Source: a virus
Length of the DNA: 64,000 nucleotides
Reading direction: 5' to 3' (one strand)
IMG/VR virus record: IMGVR_UViG_3300035157_001159
Span: 24,618-88,617 of that record
The first letter of the stretch is position 1. Every line of letters starts with the position of its first letter. The position numbers and the translations under genes were made by a program. A model generated the notes under the pieces. The model made no database searches and was not told the DNA's origin. It saw only the letters and a list, made by a program, of their open reading frames with translations. Shown here piece after piece: positions 9,538-19,700 of the stretch.

Positions 9538-12500
9538 ATGTCAATACAACAAATGTTAATTAGTGGTGATACTGGAACATCAGCTGAAAGTTATTGGACG
9601 AATACTATTACAAATGGTACGTCTTCAGATGTGACTGTTTATGGACATGCTTTTGATAGTGAAGGTAATTTTTATGTTTGTGGTAGATCTGTTATTAGTG
9701 GTGGCATGACTGATGGATTCATTTATAAACTTGATAAGAATGGAACATTAATGAAATCAGTACATCTAGATGACCCTAATAAAGGTATTACATTTAGTGC
9801 TATAGCTATTGATTCTTCCAATGATGTTTATGTCTATGCTGGATATGGAACAATTGCTAAGTATAATTCAGATTTAGATTTACAATATTATAAAAAGAAT
9901 AACTGGGGCAATGGATATCAATTCGATGAGGGTGATTCCATTTCTAATGGTAATTGTATGACCCTTAGTGGTACTACATTAACAGTTGCTGGTAGACAAC
10001 AGGGAGGAACTCTTGGTCTCTATGCTACCTTTGAAACTAGTACAGGAATAATTCAGACCAAGTATTACGCCTATCTCAATTCAGGTACTGTTAATTATCA
10101 AGGTGGTGGAATAGCTAATGGTCAGATATATCTTTGTGGTTATGATATAAATCCATCTTACACAAATGGCAATGCTTATTGGATAGTGTCTATTAATGGT
10201 GTATCAAATACTTATAGATTTTATCAGAGTGGTACTAGTGGTGCTGCTAGATGTATAGTTAGAGATTCTGGTGGTAGTTATTATATTGGTGGTAATATGG
10301 GTGGTTATCCTATGATCACCAAAGTGGTAAGTTATAATGAAACCAATACAAATCAAGGTACTGCATGGTGGAGAAGAGGTAATAATCCTGGTCCTGCTTA
10401 TACTGATCTTGCACTTGATTCTGAAGGTAATGTTTATGGTGTTACTCAAACTTATAATGGTGCTAGTGGATGGTTGATTAAGATAGATCCTAATGGAAAT
10501 GTTATATGGTCACGACAATTTAATAATGGTGATAATATTAATAAAATAACTATTGATTCTGATGATAATATATGGTTGACTATTAATAGAAATCAGAGTA
10601 ATAATCCTGGTGTTTCTATTATCGCTAGATTAACATCTGATGGGCATGGTGCTGGATATTGTAATTATAGTATAGGATCTTATGCTCACAGTTCTTTTTC
10701 ATATCAACTTCAAGATTTTGGAAATATTCAATATAACTGGTGGAATAACACACAAAATGGTGCTTCTATCTGGGGTGGATTAGTAAGTAGTGATCCTAGT
10801 AAGACTGCTTCAACGATTACTCCTTCTTCTAATGAATGTGAAATAGTAGATGTTGTTGGTCAAGCAACTTTTATAGAAACAGGAACACATAATTGGATCT
10901 GTCCTCCTGGTGTCTATCAAGTTTCTGCTGTTTGTGTTGGTGGTGGAGGTGCTGGTAATGGTGATAATCAATCTGGATCAGGTGGTGCTGCTGGTGGTGG
11001 AGGTCTTGGATGGAAAAATAATATTCCAGTAATACCTGGACAATCTTATACATTAGAAGTCGGTAGTGCTGCTACTGGTGGATCAGGTAATGATGGTGGA
11101 GATTCATATTTTATAAATGCGACTACTGTACAAGGTCGTGGTGGACAAGGATCAACAAATACTAATGGTCAACCTGGTGGAGGATATGTAGGAGATGGTG
11201 GTGGATATGGTGGAGCTGGTGGAGCTGGTGGTTCAACATATGAAGGTGGTGGCGGTGGAGCTGGTGGATACACAGGTAATGGTGGAAATGGTGGATTTGG
11301 AAATGGATCGACACATCCTGGTAGTACTTCTCTGTCTGATAGACAAGGTCAAGATGGATCTGGTGGCGGTGGCGGTGGAGGAGGATATGGTGGTGGATAT
11401 ACTGGAGGTGGTGTAGGAATTTTAGGTACTGGAGCTTCTGGTTTAGGTGGTGCATATTCTCCACCATCAGGTGTTCCATTTGGAAGTGGAACTGCTGGAT
11501 CTGGTGGATCTGGAACTTCATATGGTGGTGGTGGATCTGGTGCTGGTGCTCAAGGTGGTAGTGGTGCTGTAAGAATTGTGTGGGGTAGGGGTAGATCTTA
11601 TCCAAATACTAATACTGGTAATGTAAATGACAGAGTAGGGCAACAAGATTATACATCAGCAGGAACATATAGTTGGACTTGTCCTGTTGGTGTACATCAT
11701 GTTTCAGTAGTTGCTGTTGGTGCTGGTGGAGCAAGTTCTGGATATAATGCTTTCTCTGGATCTTATGAAGAAGGAAATGGTGGAGGTGGTGGAGGTCTTG
11801 GATATAATAATTATATTTCTGTAACAGAAGGACAATCTTATAGTGTTGTTGTTGGTGCTGCTGGACAAGTACAAACTTTACCTTCAAGTGCTGGTGGAAG
11901 TAAAACTAATTCTTCTGGTGATTCATATTTTATAAACACATCTACCGTTAAAGGTGGTGCTGGAGAAAATGCTCTACCTGGTTCTAATGGTAATGGTAAT
12001 GGTGGAAATTTTGTAGGAGACGGTGGTGGTTCTGGTGGTGCTGGTGGATCTGGAGATGCTACTTATGGTCCTGGTGGAGGTGGCGGTGCTGCTGGATATA
12101 CTGGTAATGGTGGATCTGGTGGTGGTGGATCAACGACCAGTAATGCTGTTGGTGGATCTGGTGGTGGTGCTGGTGGTGGAGCTCATGGATATATTAATTC
12201 AACTAATTTTACAAATGCTGCTGGAGGAGGTGGTGTAGGTCTTGAAGCAAAAGGAAGTAATGGTGCTGGTGGATCAATTGATAATGGTGCTTTGCAACAG
12301 GAATGGACATCGTCAGGAACATATAGTTGGACTTGTCCTGATGGTATAACATCTGTTTGTGCGGTGTGTGTTGGTGCTGGTGGTGATGGTGGAGGTAATA
12401 AACATGGAGATGGTGGAGGTGGATTGGGATGGAAGAATGATATACCAGTGACACCAGGTCAATCTTATACTGTAGTTGTTGGTAATAAAAATTCAGGTGG

Positions 12501-14067
12501 TGGAGATTCATATTTTATAAACTCAAGCACTGTAAAAGGCGGTGGCGGTGGTACTGGTAGTGCTAGTGCTGGTGGTTCTGCAGGAACTGGTGGAACTTTT
12601 GTAGGAGACGGTGGTGGTAATGGTGGTAATGGTGGATCACAGAATCAAAGTACTGGTGGATCTGGTGGTGGCGGTGGAGCTGGTGGATACTCAGGCAATG
12701 GTGGAAATGGTGGAACGGGAACAAGTTTTGGAGCAAGTTTTGGTAATCAAGGTAATGGTGGTGCTGGTGGTGGAGGTGCTGGTGCTTCTTGGGAAGGTGG
12801 TGCTGGTGGTGGTGTAGGACTACAAGGCGAAGGTACTGATGGTGCTGGTGCTGGTACATATGATGGACAAGGTTCTCAATCTTATGGACATTGTGGAAAG
12901 GGTGGATCTGGTGGTGCTCCACAAACTTTTGCAGCATTCCCTGGTTTAGGACCTGGTTCTGGTGGCGGTGGTGGTAATGGTATTGCTGGATCTAATGGGG
13001 CAGTAAGACTTATATGGGGAACTGGAAGAGCATTTCCAGCAACAAACACAACAGATCAATTTGAGACAGCTACTATAGGACATGGTGGTGGTGGATCTGG
13101 TGGTGCTTCATTTGGTACTGGTGTTGGAATATCTAGTATTATGGGAGGAGGTCTTCATGGTGGTGGATCTGGTGGTGCTAGTAATCAAACTGTTAATGGA
13201 GGAGTATCTGATGGAGTATCTGGATCTGATGGTGGTGTAAGAATTATATGGGGATATAATAGATCATATCCACAGAATAATACTGGTACTGGTGAAAATG
13301 GTCAACCAGAAACTGGTTCTGCTGAATGGACAACACAAGGAACACATAGTTGGACTTGTCCTGATAATGTAACATCAGTATGTGCTGTTTGTATTGGTGG
13401 CGGTGGAAGCGGATCTGTTCATGAAAATTCTACCTCTGGTGGTGGAGGAGGTGGAGGTGGTCTTGGATATAAAAATCATATTTCTGTAACACCAGGACAA
13501 TCTTATACTGTTGTAGTTGGTGGAGATTCATATTTCATAGACGCAACTACTGTTAAGGGTGAGCGTGGATTAAATGCTGATCAAGCAGGAAGTGCATTTA
13601 CAGGTGGAACTGGTGGTGGATATGTAGGAGACGGTGGTGGTAACGGTGGTACTGGTGGAAACAGTGACGGAACAGATGGTGGCGGTGGCGGTGGAGCTGG
13701 TGGATATTCTGGTAATGGTGGTAATGGTGCTGCTGGATATGTTCAAGGAGCAAATTCTGGATTTGATGGACAAGGTGGAGGAGGTGGTGGAGGATCAAAT
13801 GGATATGATGGAGGAACTCCTCATGGTGGAGGAGAAGGTGGTGGAACTGGTATTCTAGGTCAGGGTAATAATGGGACTGGTGGAGTAAATTATGGAACTA
13901 ATTTTGGTAATGGTACTGCAGGATCTGGTGGTTCAGGTAAATCATATGGCGGTGGAGGACGTGGTGCTGCTACTGGTTCTGGTCCAAGTAGTGGTGGAAC
14001 TGGTGCTGTAAGAATTATATGGGGACCAGGAAGATCATTCCCAAGTAATAACGCTGGAGATATATAA
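9538..14067 (+). CDS. Giant Gly-rich virion protein: N-terminal beta-propeller-like repeats plus 4 Gly-rich modules
   Basis: DSEGNFYV/DSSNDVYV/DSEGNVYG propeller-like repeats; four W(T/I)CP-initiated modules; AGGAG SD. Confidence 0.75.
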   Translation: MSIQQMLISGDTGTSAESYWTNTITNGTSSDVTVYGHAFDSEGNFYVCGRSVISGGMTDGFIYKLDKNGTLMKSVHLDDPNKGITFSAIAIDSSNDVYVYAGYGTIAKYNSDLDLQYYKKNNWGNGYQFDEGDSISNGNCMTLSGTTLTVAGRQQGGTLGLYATFETSTGIIQTKYYAYLNSGTVNYQGGGIANGQIYLCGYDINPSYTNGNAYWIVSINGVSNTYRFYQSGTSGAARCIVRDSGGSYYIGGNMGGYPMITKVVSYNETNTNQGTAWWRRGNNPGPAYTDLALDSEGNVYGVTQTYNGASGWLIKIDPNGNVIWSRQFNNGDNINKITIDSDDNIWLTINRNQSNNPGVSIIARLTSDGHGAGYCNYSIGSYAHSSFSYQLQDFGNIQYNWWNNTQNGASIWGGLVSSDPSKTASTITPSSNECEIVDVVGQATFIETGTHNWICPPGVYQVSAVCVGGGGAGNGDNQSGSGGAAGGGGLGWKNNIPVIPGQSYTLEVGSAATGGSGNDGGDSYFINATTVQGRGGQGSTNTNGQPGGGYVGDGGGYGGAGGAGGSTYEGGGGGAGGYTGNGGNGGFGNGSTHPGSTSLSDRQGQDGSGGGGGGGGYGGGYTGGGVGILGTGASGLGGAYSPPSGVPFGSGTAGSGGSGTSYGGGGSGAGAQGGSGAVRIVWGRGRSYPNTNTGNVNDRVGQQDYTSAGTYSWTCPVGVHHVSVVAVGAGGASSGYNAFSGSYEEGNGGGGGGLGYNNYISVTEGQSYSVVVGAAGQVQTLPSSAGGSKTNSSGDSYFINTSTVKGGAGENALPGSNGNGNGGNFVGDGGGSGGAGGSGDATYGPGGGGGAAGYTGNGGSGGGGSTTSNAVGGSGGGAGGGAHGYINSTNFTNAAGGGGVGLEAKGSNGAGGSIDNGALQQEWTSSGTYSWTCPDGITSVCAVCVGAGGDGGGNKHGDGGGGLGWKNDIPVTPGQSYTVVVGNKNSGGGDSYFINSSTVKGGGGGTGSASAGGSAGTGGTFVGDGGGNGGNGGSQNQSTGGSGGGGGAGGYSGNGGNGGTGTSFGASFGNQGNGGAGGGGAGASWEGGAGGGVGLQGEGTDGAGAGTYDGQGSQSYGHCGKGGSGGAPQTFAAFPGLGPGSGGGGGNGIAGSNGAVRLIWGTGRAFPATNTTDQFETATIGHGGGGSGGASFGTGVGISSIMGGGLHGGGSGGASNQTVNGGVSDGVSGSDGGVRIIWGYNRSYPQNNTGTGENGQPETGSAEWTTQGTHSWTCPDNVTSVCAVCIGGGGSGSVHENSTSGGGGGGGGLGYKNHISVTPGQSYTVVVGGDSYFIDATTVKGERGLNADQAGSAFTGGTGGGYVGDGGGNGGTGGNSDGTDGGGGGGAGGYSGNGGNGAAGYVQGANSGFDGQGGGGGGGSNGYDGGTPHGGGEGGGTGILGQGNNGTGGVNYGTNFGNGTAGSGGSGKSYGGGGRGAATGSGPSSGGTGAVRIIWGPGRSFPSNNAGDI

Positions 14068-14070
14068 AAC

Positions 14071-15582
14071 ATGGCAATACAACAAGCATTTATGGTACTC
14101 GGAGTAGTACCACCTGGATACGAAACATATACTAATGTAGGATCATATTCTTTTATTGTTCCTCCTGGATTTACTGAGGTTTCTATAGTCTCAGTTGGTG
14201 GAGGTGCTGGTGGTGGAGGTGGATATGGATCTGCTGGTGGTGGATTAGTTTGGTCTGATAATGTTTCTGTAACTCCTGGTGAGGTTTTAGATATAAATGT
14301 TGGTGCTGGTGGAACAGGATATAGTCCAAGCATTAGTGGTACTCCTAATCAAGGACAAACAAGTTATGTTAAGAGACGAAGTAATGGTGAATACCTTGTA
14401 AAATCTTATGGCGGTGGTTCAATAAGCCAAAGTAGTTTAGGTGGAGGTGGAGAATTTTTCTCTGGTAATGGAAGAGTTTTAGATGGTGGTGATGGTGAAT
14501 ATACTCTACCTGGAGAACCTACAGTTCCTCCACAACACAATTCAACAGGAGCAGCATTTAAATCTGCAACTTGGGCTGGTTCATCTACTCCTTCTGGTAG
14601 AGGTGGTGGTGGAACTGCATTAATATCAGGAACAACTGGTAATGATGGTGGATTTTATACTGGCAATACTGGTGCGGCTGGTGGTAGATATGGTGGAGGT
14701 GGTGCTGAAGGACCTGCAGGTGTTGGTAATTTTGGTGGTACTGGTGGAGATGGTGGAGTTAGTATTGCTTGGGGTGCTCCATATTTAATAGGAGATGGTT
14801 TTCCTAGAATAGATGGTAACTATAGTACTTACTTTAGGGGTAATCAATATGATGATTATTTTGATTACACTCCAGGAACTTCTGGTGTTTTTCAACTTGG
14901 ATCAGGAAACTTTACTATAGAATTTTGGCACAGGACTGGTGTTGTTGATCCAAATGGTAATACGTCAGGTAGTAATACTGGTAGGCAAAGATCATTTGCT
15001 GTTTTCATTGAAGGTTATAAAGCAAGTCCTTTAATTTCTCAAACGTGGGCAATTCAAGCAAACAGTCTTGGTCAGAAGATGGTATGGATTGAGGGTGGTA
15101 ATCTTGCATTTGAAACTACTACAGATACTATGACTAATGCTGCTTTGAATCAAACTGTTAAATGGAGACACTATGCTTTCGTTAGGAATGGTAATAACTT
15201 AGATTTTTATCTTGATGGTGTGAAAGATACTAGTATCAATAGTGGTAATGGTTATACTACATCATTGAACGATACTCAAACTGATGCTATAAGGATTGGA
15301 AATTGGACTGCTAATACAGATTATAATATTCATGGATGGATGTCTAATGTTCGAGTAACAAAAGGTGTTGCTGTTTATACTTCAAACTTTGATGTTTGGG
15401 ATAATTGGAATAACCCTAATCAAGTTGCTTTGTTACCACCTTTAACTGAGATAACTGGAACATCATTACTTGATTTTAATAGTACATCTCTTAACACTGC
15501 CTACTGGGGTCCTGGTAACTCAACAGGTACAGTGTCGCAAAATGGAGGACCTACCTCTTCAACTAATAGCCCTTATAGTTAA
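14071..15582 (+). CDS. Gly-rich module plus LamG/concanavalin-A-like domain protein
   Basis: N-terminal Gly-rich module ending GGVSIAWG; NFTIEFW...WRHYAFVRNG...FYLDG...SNVRVTKG LamG-type motifs. Confidence 0.75.
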   Translation: MAIQQAFMVLGVVPPGYETYTNVGSYSFIVPPGFTEVSIVSVGGGAGGGGGYGSAGGGLVWSDNVSVTPGEVLDINVGAGGTGYSPSISGTPNQGQTSYVKRRSNGEYLVKSYGGGSISQSSLGGGGEFFSGNGRVLDGGDGEYTLPGEPTVPPQHNSTGAAFKSATWAGSSTPSGRGGGGTALISGTTGNDGGFYTGNTGAAGGRYGGGGAEGPAGVGNFGGTGGDGGVSIAWGAPYLIGDGFPRIDGNYSTYFRGNQYDDYFDYTPGTSGVFQLGSGNFTIEFWHRTGVVDPNGNTSGSNTGRQRSFAVFIEGYKASPLISQTWAIQANSLGQKMVWIEGGNLAFETTTDTMTNAALNQTVKWRHYAFVRNGNNLDFYLDGVKDTSINSGNGYTTSLNDTQTDAIRIGNWTANTDYNIHGWMSNVRVTKGVAVYTSNFDVWDNWNNPNQVALLPPLTEITGTSLLDFNSTSLNTAYWGPGNSTGTVSQNGGPTSSTNSPYS

Positions 15583-15586
15583 TGTG

Positions 15587-15593
15587 ATAAATA
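15587..15593 (+). promoter_or_regulatory. Late promoter-like ATAAATA
   Basis: Intergenic, 19 nt before the ATG at 15613. Confidence 0.65.
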
Positions 15594-15612
15594 AGTAAAA
15601 ATAGTCATATAG

Positions 15613-16338
15613 ATGGCAAGAAACAGAGAATTTTCTCAACTTGGATCCTTTGTAGTTGTTGATGACAACAACGGTAATATTGCTATTACCAGTACATCAA
15701 CACCTTACGTTGGTATTGGGACCACAAATCCGATTCATAAACTTGACGTAGCTGGAATTGCTACATTCAGAGAAGATGTTTATATTGGTGGTGGATTAAC
15801 TGTTGCCCAAAATATTGATTTTCTTGGTGGTCTTTTTCAGAATGGTGTCCAATTTAATCCTAGTGCTGGAGTTGGTATTGGATCAACAACAGTTAATCCA
15901 AATTCAGGTATAATCAATCCAAGAATTGGTGTAGGATTTACTGATTTAAGTTTTGTTGGTGAAGGTCTTAGTGTTACTGGATATGGTAGTACCATTGTTA
16001 TTGATTTTACAGACCTTGTTTCTAAATCAGAAGCTACAGTACCAGGTCTTACACTTATAAACACTAGTACTAATTTAAGTGCTAATGTAAGTTATTCTGC
16101 TGATACAACAGCAGCAGTTTTTACAGCAACTCTTCCTGCAAATAAGCAGGCTGGCGATTTTGTTGAACTCCATGATACCGAATCTAATTGGGACATAAAT
16201 AATCTTATGGTTGCAACTCAAAATAATGAGCAGTTTAAAAATTATGAAGGCGTGATTGATTCTCCTTTAGCATGTGATGTCGCTGGTGCTGCTGTAAAAT
16301 TAGTTTGGACTAATACTTACTGGAGGGTATTTGCATGA
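15613..16338 (+). CDS. Putative virion structural protein
   Basis: VGIGTTNP fibre motif; late promoter. Confidence 0.7.
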   Translation: MARNREFSQLGSFVVVDDNNGNIAITSTSTPYVGIGTTNPIHKLDVAGIATFREDVYIGGGLTVAQNIDFLGGLFQNGVQFNPSAGVGIGSTTVNPNSGIINPRIGVGFTDLSFVGEGLSVTGYGSTIVIDFTDLVSKSEATVPGLTLINTSTNLSANVSYSADTTAAVFTATLPANKQAGDFVELHDTESNWDINNLMVATQNNEQFKNYEGVIDSPLACDVAGAAVKLVWTNTYWRVFA

Positions 16339-16706
16339 CAATGTTTTTAAGTGAGAGTATAGACTCTTCCAATGGTGGAGGAGGTCTTTTAATATCACAA
16401 CAAAATAGTTTTTATGTTCATGCTCTGAGAAGAGATGCTGATGGTATGTTGCAATATACCAAAGTTAAGAGTACTGAAGCTGGAGTACAGGATTTTCATC
16501 GTTTAGATGGAACTGCTTACCCAGATTTTTTAGATGGTGGTGATTATGTTGAAGAAACCACTGAGGTAAAGACACATTTAAATCACCCACAAGATAAATA
16601 CCAACAGTTCCGATTTGATTTTAGACGCACGTCTTATTACATCGATAGTGATGGATATTTAGTAGCAAAATTTGGTGATTATGATTATTCTGTAGGACCA
16701 AAATAG
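16335..16706 (+). CDS. Hypothetical phage protein
   Basis: 123-aa ORF, ATGA-coupled to the upstream gene. Confidence 0.7.
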   Translation: MTMFLSESIDSSNGGGGLLISQQNSFYVHALRRDADGMLQYTKVKSTEAGVQDFHRLDGTAYPDFLDGGDYVEETTEVKTHLNHPQDKYQQFRFDFRRTSYYIDSDGYLVAKFGDYDYSVGPK

Positions 16707-16720
16707 GAGTTTAACAAACA

Positions 16721-19700
16721 ATGGCTGAATTTAGACTTGGGAGGCTAAAATTTTCTTGGAAAGGCAACTGGGCTACCAGTACTGCTTATGTAATTGATGA
16801 TATAGTAAAGTTTGGTGCGAATACATATGTTTGTACTCAGAACCATACTTCCACAAATAGCGAGAATCTTTTTTATAATGATGATTCTGCTAAATGGTCC
16901 TTACATACGGAGAGTATAGCAAGTAAAGGTGAATGGGTATCTGGTGCTTATTATAAGATTAATGATATTATTAAGTATGGTAATAGTCAATATAGAGTAA
17001 AGGTAGGTTTCTCTACAACCACACTTGATACTACTAATACAACTCAATTAGAAGAATATATTTCATCATTTAATTATGAAGATAGTTGGGATTCGGCAAC
17101 AGCATATCAAGTTGGTGACGTTGTAGCATACGGTGGTTATACTTATGTTGCTACTAGTGATCATACAAACAAACCACCAGCTTATAATCTAGCTAATGAT
17201 TGGGACATTCTAACAACAGGATTTAATGTTGTAGGTACTTGGGATACTGGTACTGATTACACTCAAGGTAATGTTGTAATCTATGGTGGATTTACATACG
17301 TTGCGATTTCAACTAGTACTAACGTTGCTCCAAGTTCTAGCACTGCTAAGTGGAGCTTAGTATCTAAAGGTTTTGAGTGGAAAGGTAACTGGGATGCTAA
17401 CACTACCTATCTACCAGGTGAAGTTGTCAAACGATTAAGTAATAGTTATGTTGGTATTGTTACTACTAACGTTAACTTAAATCAAGACCCTTCAACTGAT
17501 GGTCCAGGTAATTACTGGAACGTTTTGATTGAAGGTGCTGACACCAATGTGATGACAACATCTGGTGACTTGGTTTACTATACTACTGGTGCTACTAGAC
17601 TACCAACTGGAACAGATGGTAAAGTATTAACAGTAAACAGTAGTGGATTACCTAATTGGGAAACCAGTAATGTTACACATCCAGTTTATTATGTAACTGA
17701 GGAAGGATCTGATAGTAATGATGGTTCAAATATTAGTAGATCATTTGCTAGTCTTAAACATGCTTGTGGTATTGCTACTGGACCAGCAACAATCTATGTA
17801 AAGGCTGGTACATATGAAGAGTCATTACCTATTGTAGTTCCAACTGAAGTATCAATTGTTGGTGATAACCTAAGAACATCTAGAATTAAACCTCAAGCTG
17901 GTGATGCACATTATCAAGTAGTTACTTTAGCAAGTGTACCACAACCAACATTTACAATAACTAATGCTAACTATAATACTGCTAATGGTAATTTATTATT
18001 AACTATAGGTACTCATACACTTAATGTAAATGATAAAGTTAAACTTGCTGAAGAGTCGATAGTATTCAGTTGTAATTTCAATGGTGCTACTGGTTCTGCT
18101 GCTCAGAAAGCATATCCAAGAGCAACTGGAGCAAATACTCCTAGTGGTGCTGACTATGCTTATGATAAAGCTCTTACTGTTATAGCAGTAACATCTAACA
18201 CTATTACTATAAACGTTAATAAGGAACCTGGTCAAGCAATTAGTATTAGTAATACTCACCAATTTGTTTCTGCTACTGGTAGTGGTCTCAGTAAGGCAGC
18301 ACCTTATATTTCTTATGGTACTACCATTTCTAATGGTGCTGGAACAAAGACTGCTAGTATTTTAGAAGCAAGTTATGATGAGAAGACTGTTCATATAAGA
18401 CCAATGACTGGTGGATTATGGACAACATCAGATACATGGGAGAACCTTGGTAATGATATTGCTATAACAAATGTAGAACAGAGATCAAATGCTGAATCTG
18501 TAATGTTCTTCATGAGTGACAAAACTATGTTGAAAGACCTTTTAATGGAAGGTATGACTGGTTTTGTTAAAGCAGGACAGGTACTACAAAATACAGCTCA
18601 AATCGCAGATACTATTGTAACTGGTACTGGATTCTTCCCTGATTTGGTTGGAACTACTGTAACTGGTACTGGTGTTGCTGAAGGAACTAAAGTTATTAAC
18701 TTTATTAGTGCTACACAATTAGAAGTTGATAAGAATCAAACAGTTTCTTCTACAACATTAACATTCACTGCATCTCCAGAAGACCTTAATAACGCAACTA
18801 TTAAAGGTGTCTTTGTTCAGATGAACCCTGAGACTCCGATTACTAAATCTCCATATATCTCTAACTGTTCTTGTCAATCAGTTGGTGGTGTTGGAGCAAT
18901 TGTAGATGGTAATGTTCATAGACAATTTGCTGATGATGGTAATACTCCATCTAACAAATCAATTGTTATGGACTCCTTCACACAGATACATGATGATGGT
19001 GTAGGATTCTGGATTACTAATAACGCTGCTGCTGAATTAGTTTCATCATTCACTTATTATTGTCACGTTTCTTATTGTGCTACTCGTGGTGGTAGGATAA
19101 GATCTCTTGCTGGAAACAGTTCTTGGGGTAACTATGCGATTGTAAGTTCTGGATTTAACCAACAAGAGAAGCATAGAGCAGGTCAAATTGAAGGACTGAT
19201 GTTAGAGTTTGAAAAAGACTCTAAAGTAATAGGTGGTGATGGTTCTGCTGTGAATGATTTCCAAGTTGGTGAAAGAATTAGAGGTAATACTTCAGAGTCA
19301 ATAGGATATATTAACTCTATTCAGGGTGGTGATAAAACTCTTATTTACTATTCTTTGATTACTGCTGGACCTGCTGGTGTTGGTACTGGATTTGTTCAGA
19401 ATGAAACTATAACAGGTTTGACAAATGGTACAACTGCTACTCTACATCCAACTGGTTCAACTGCTAACAGAGGTCAATCAGGATTTACGATTGTTGCTTC
19501 TGGATTAAGTACTTCACCAACTCTTACTGCTAATGGTAGTATAGAATTTGTTACTGGATCTGGTAACGGTGGATTTAATAATTCTACAATTACTGGTGCT
19601 GATCCGTTTACATTTGTGATTGATGGTGTAAGTCAGACTGGTGCTGATGGACGTGGTTCATTAACTGTTGATAGAGCACAGTGGTCAACATCTGGTGCTG

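Noticed and set aside
6565-14067. Diversity-generating retroelement TR/VR pair among the repeated modules
   Set aside because: No reverse transcriptase in the window; repeats are all coding and differences are not adenine-specific by eye
6560-14333. Many alternative-frame ORFs (poly-His/Gln on minus, Val/Met-rich on plus)
   Set aside because: Shadows of GGT/GGA Gly codon runs in the real Gly-rich genes
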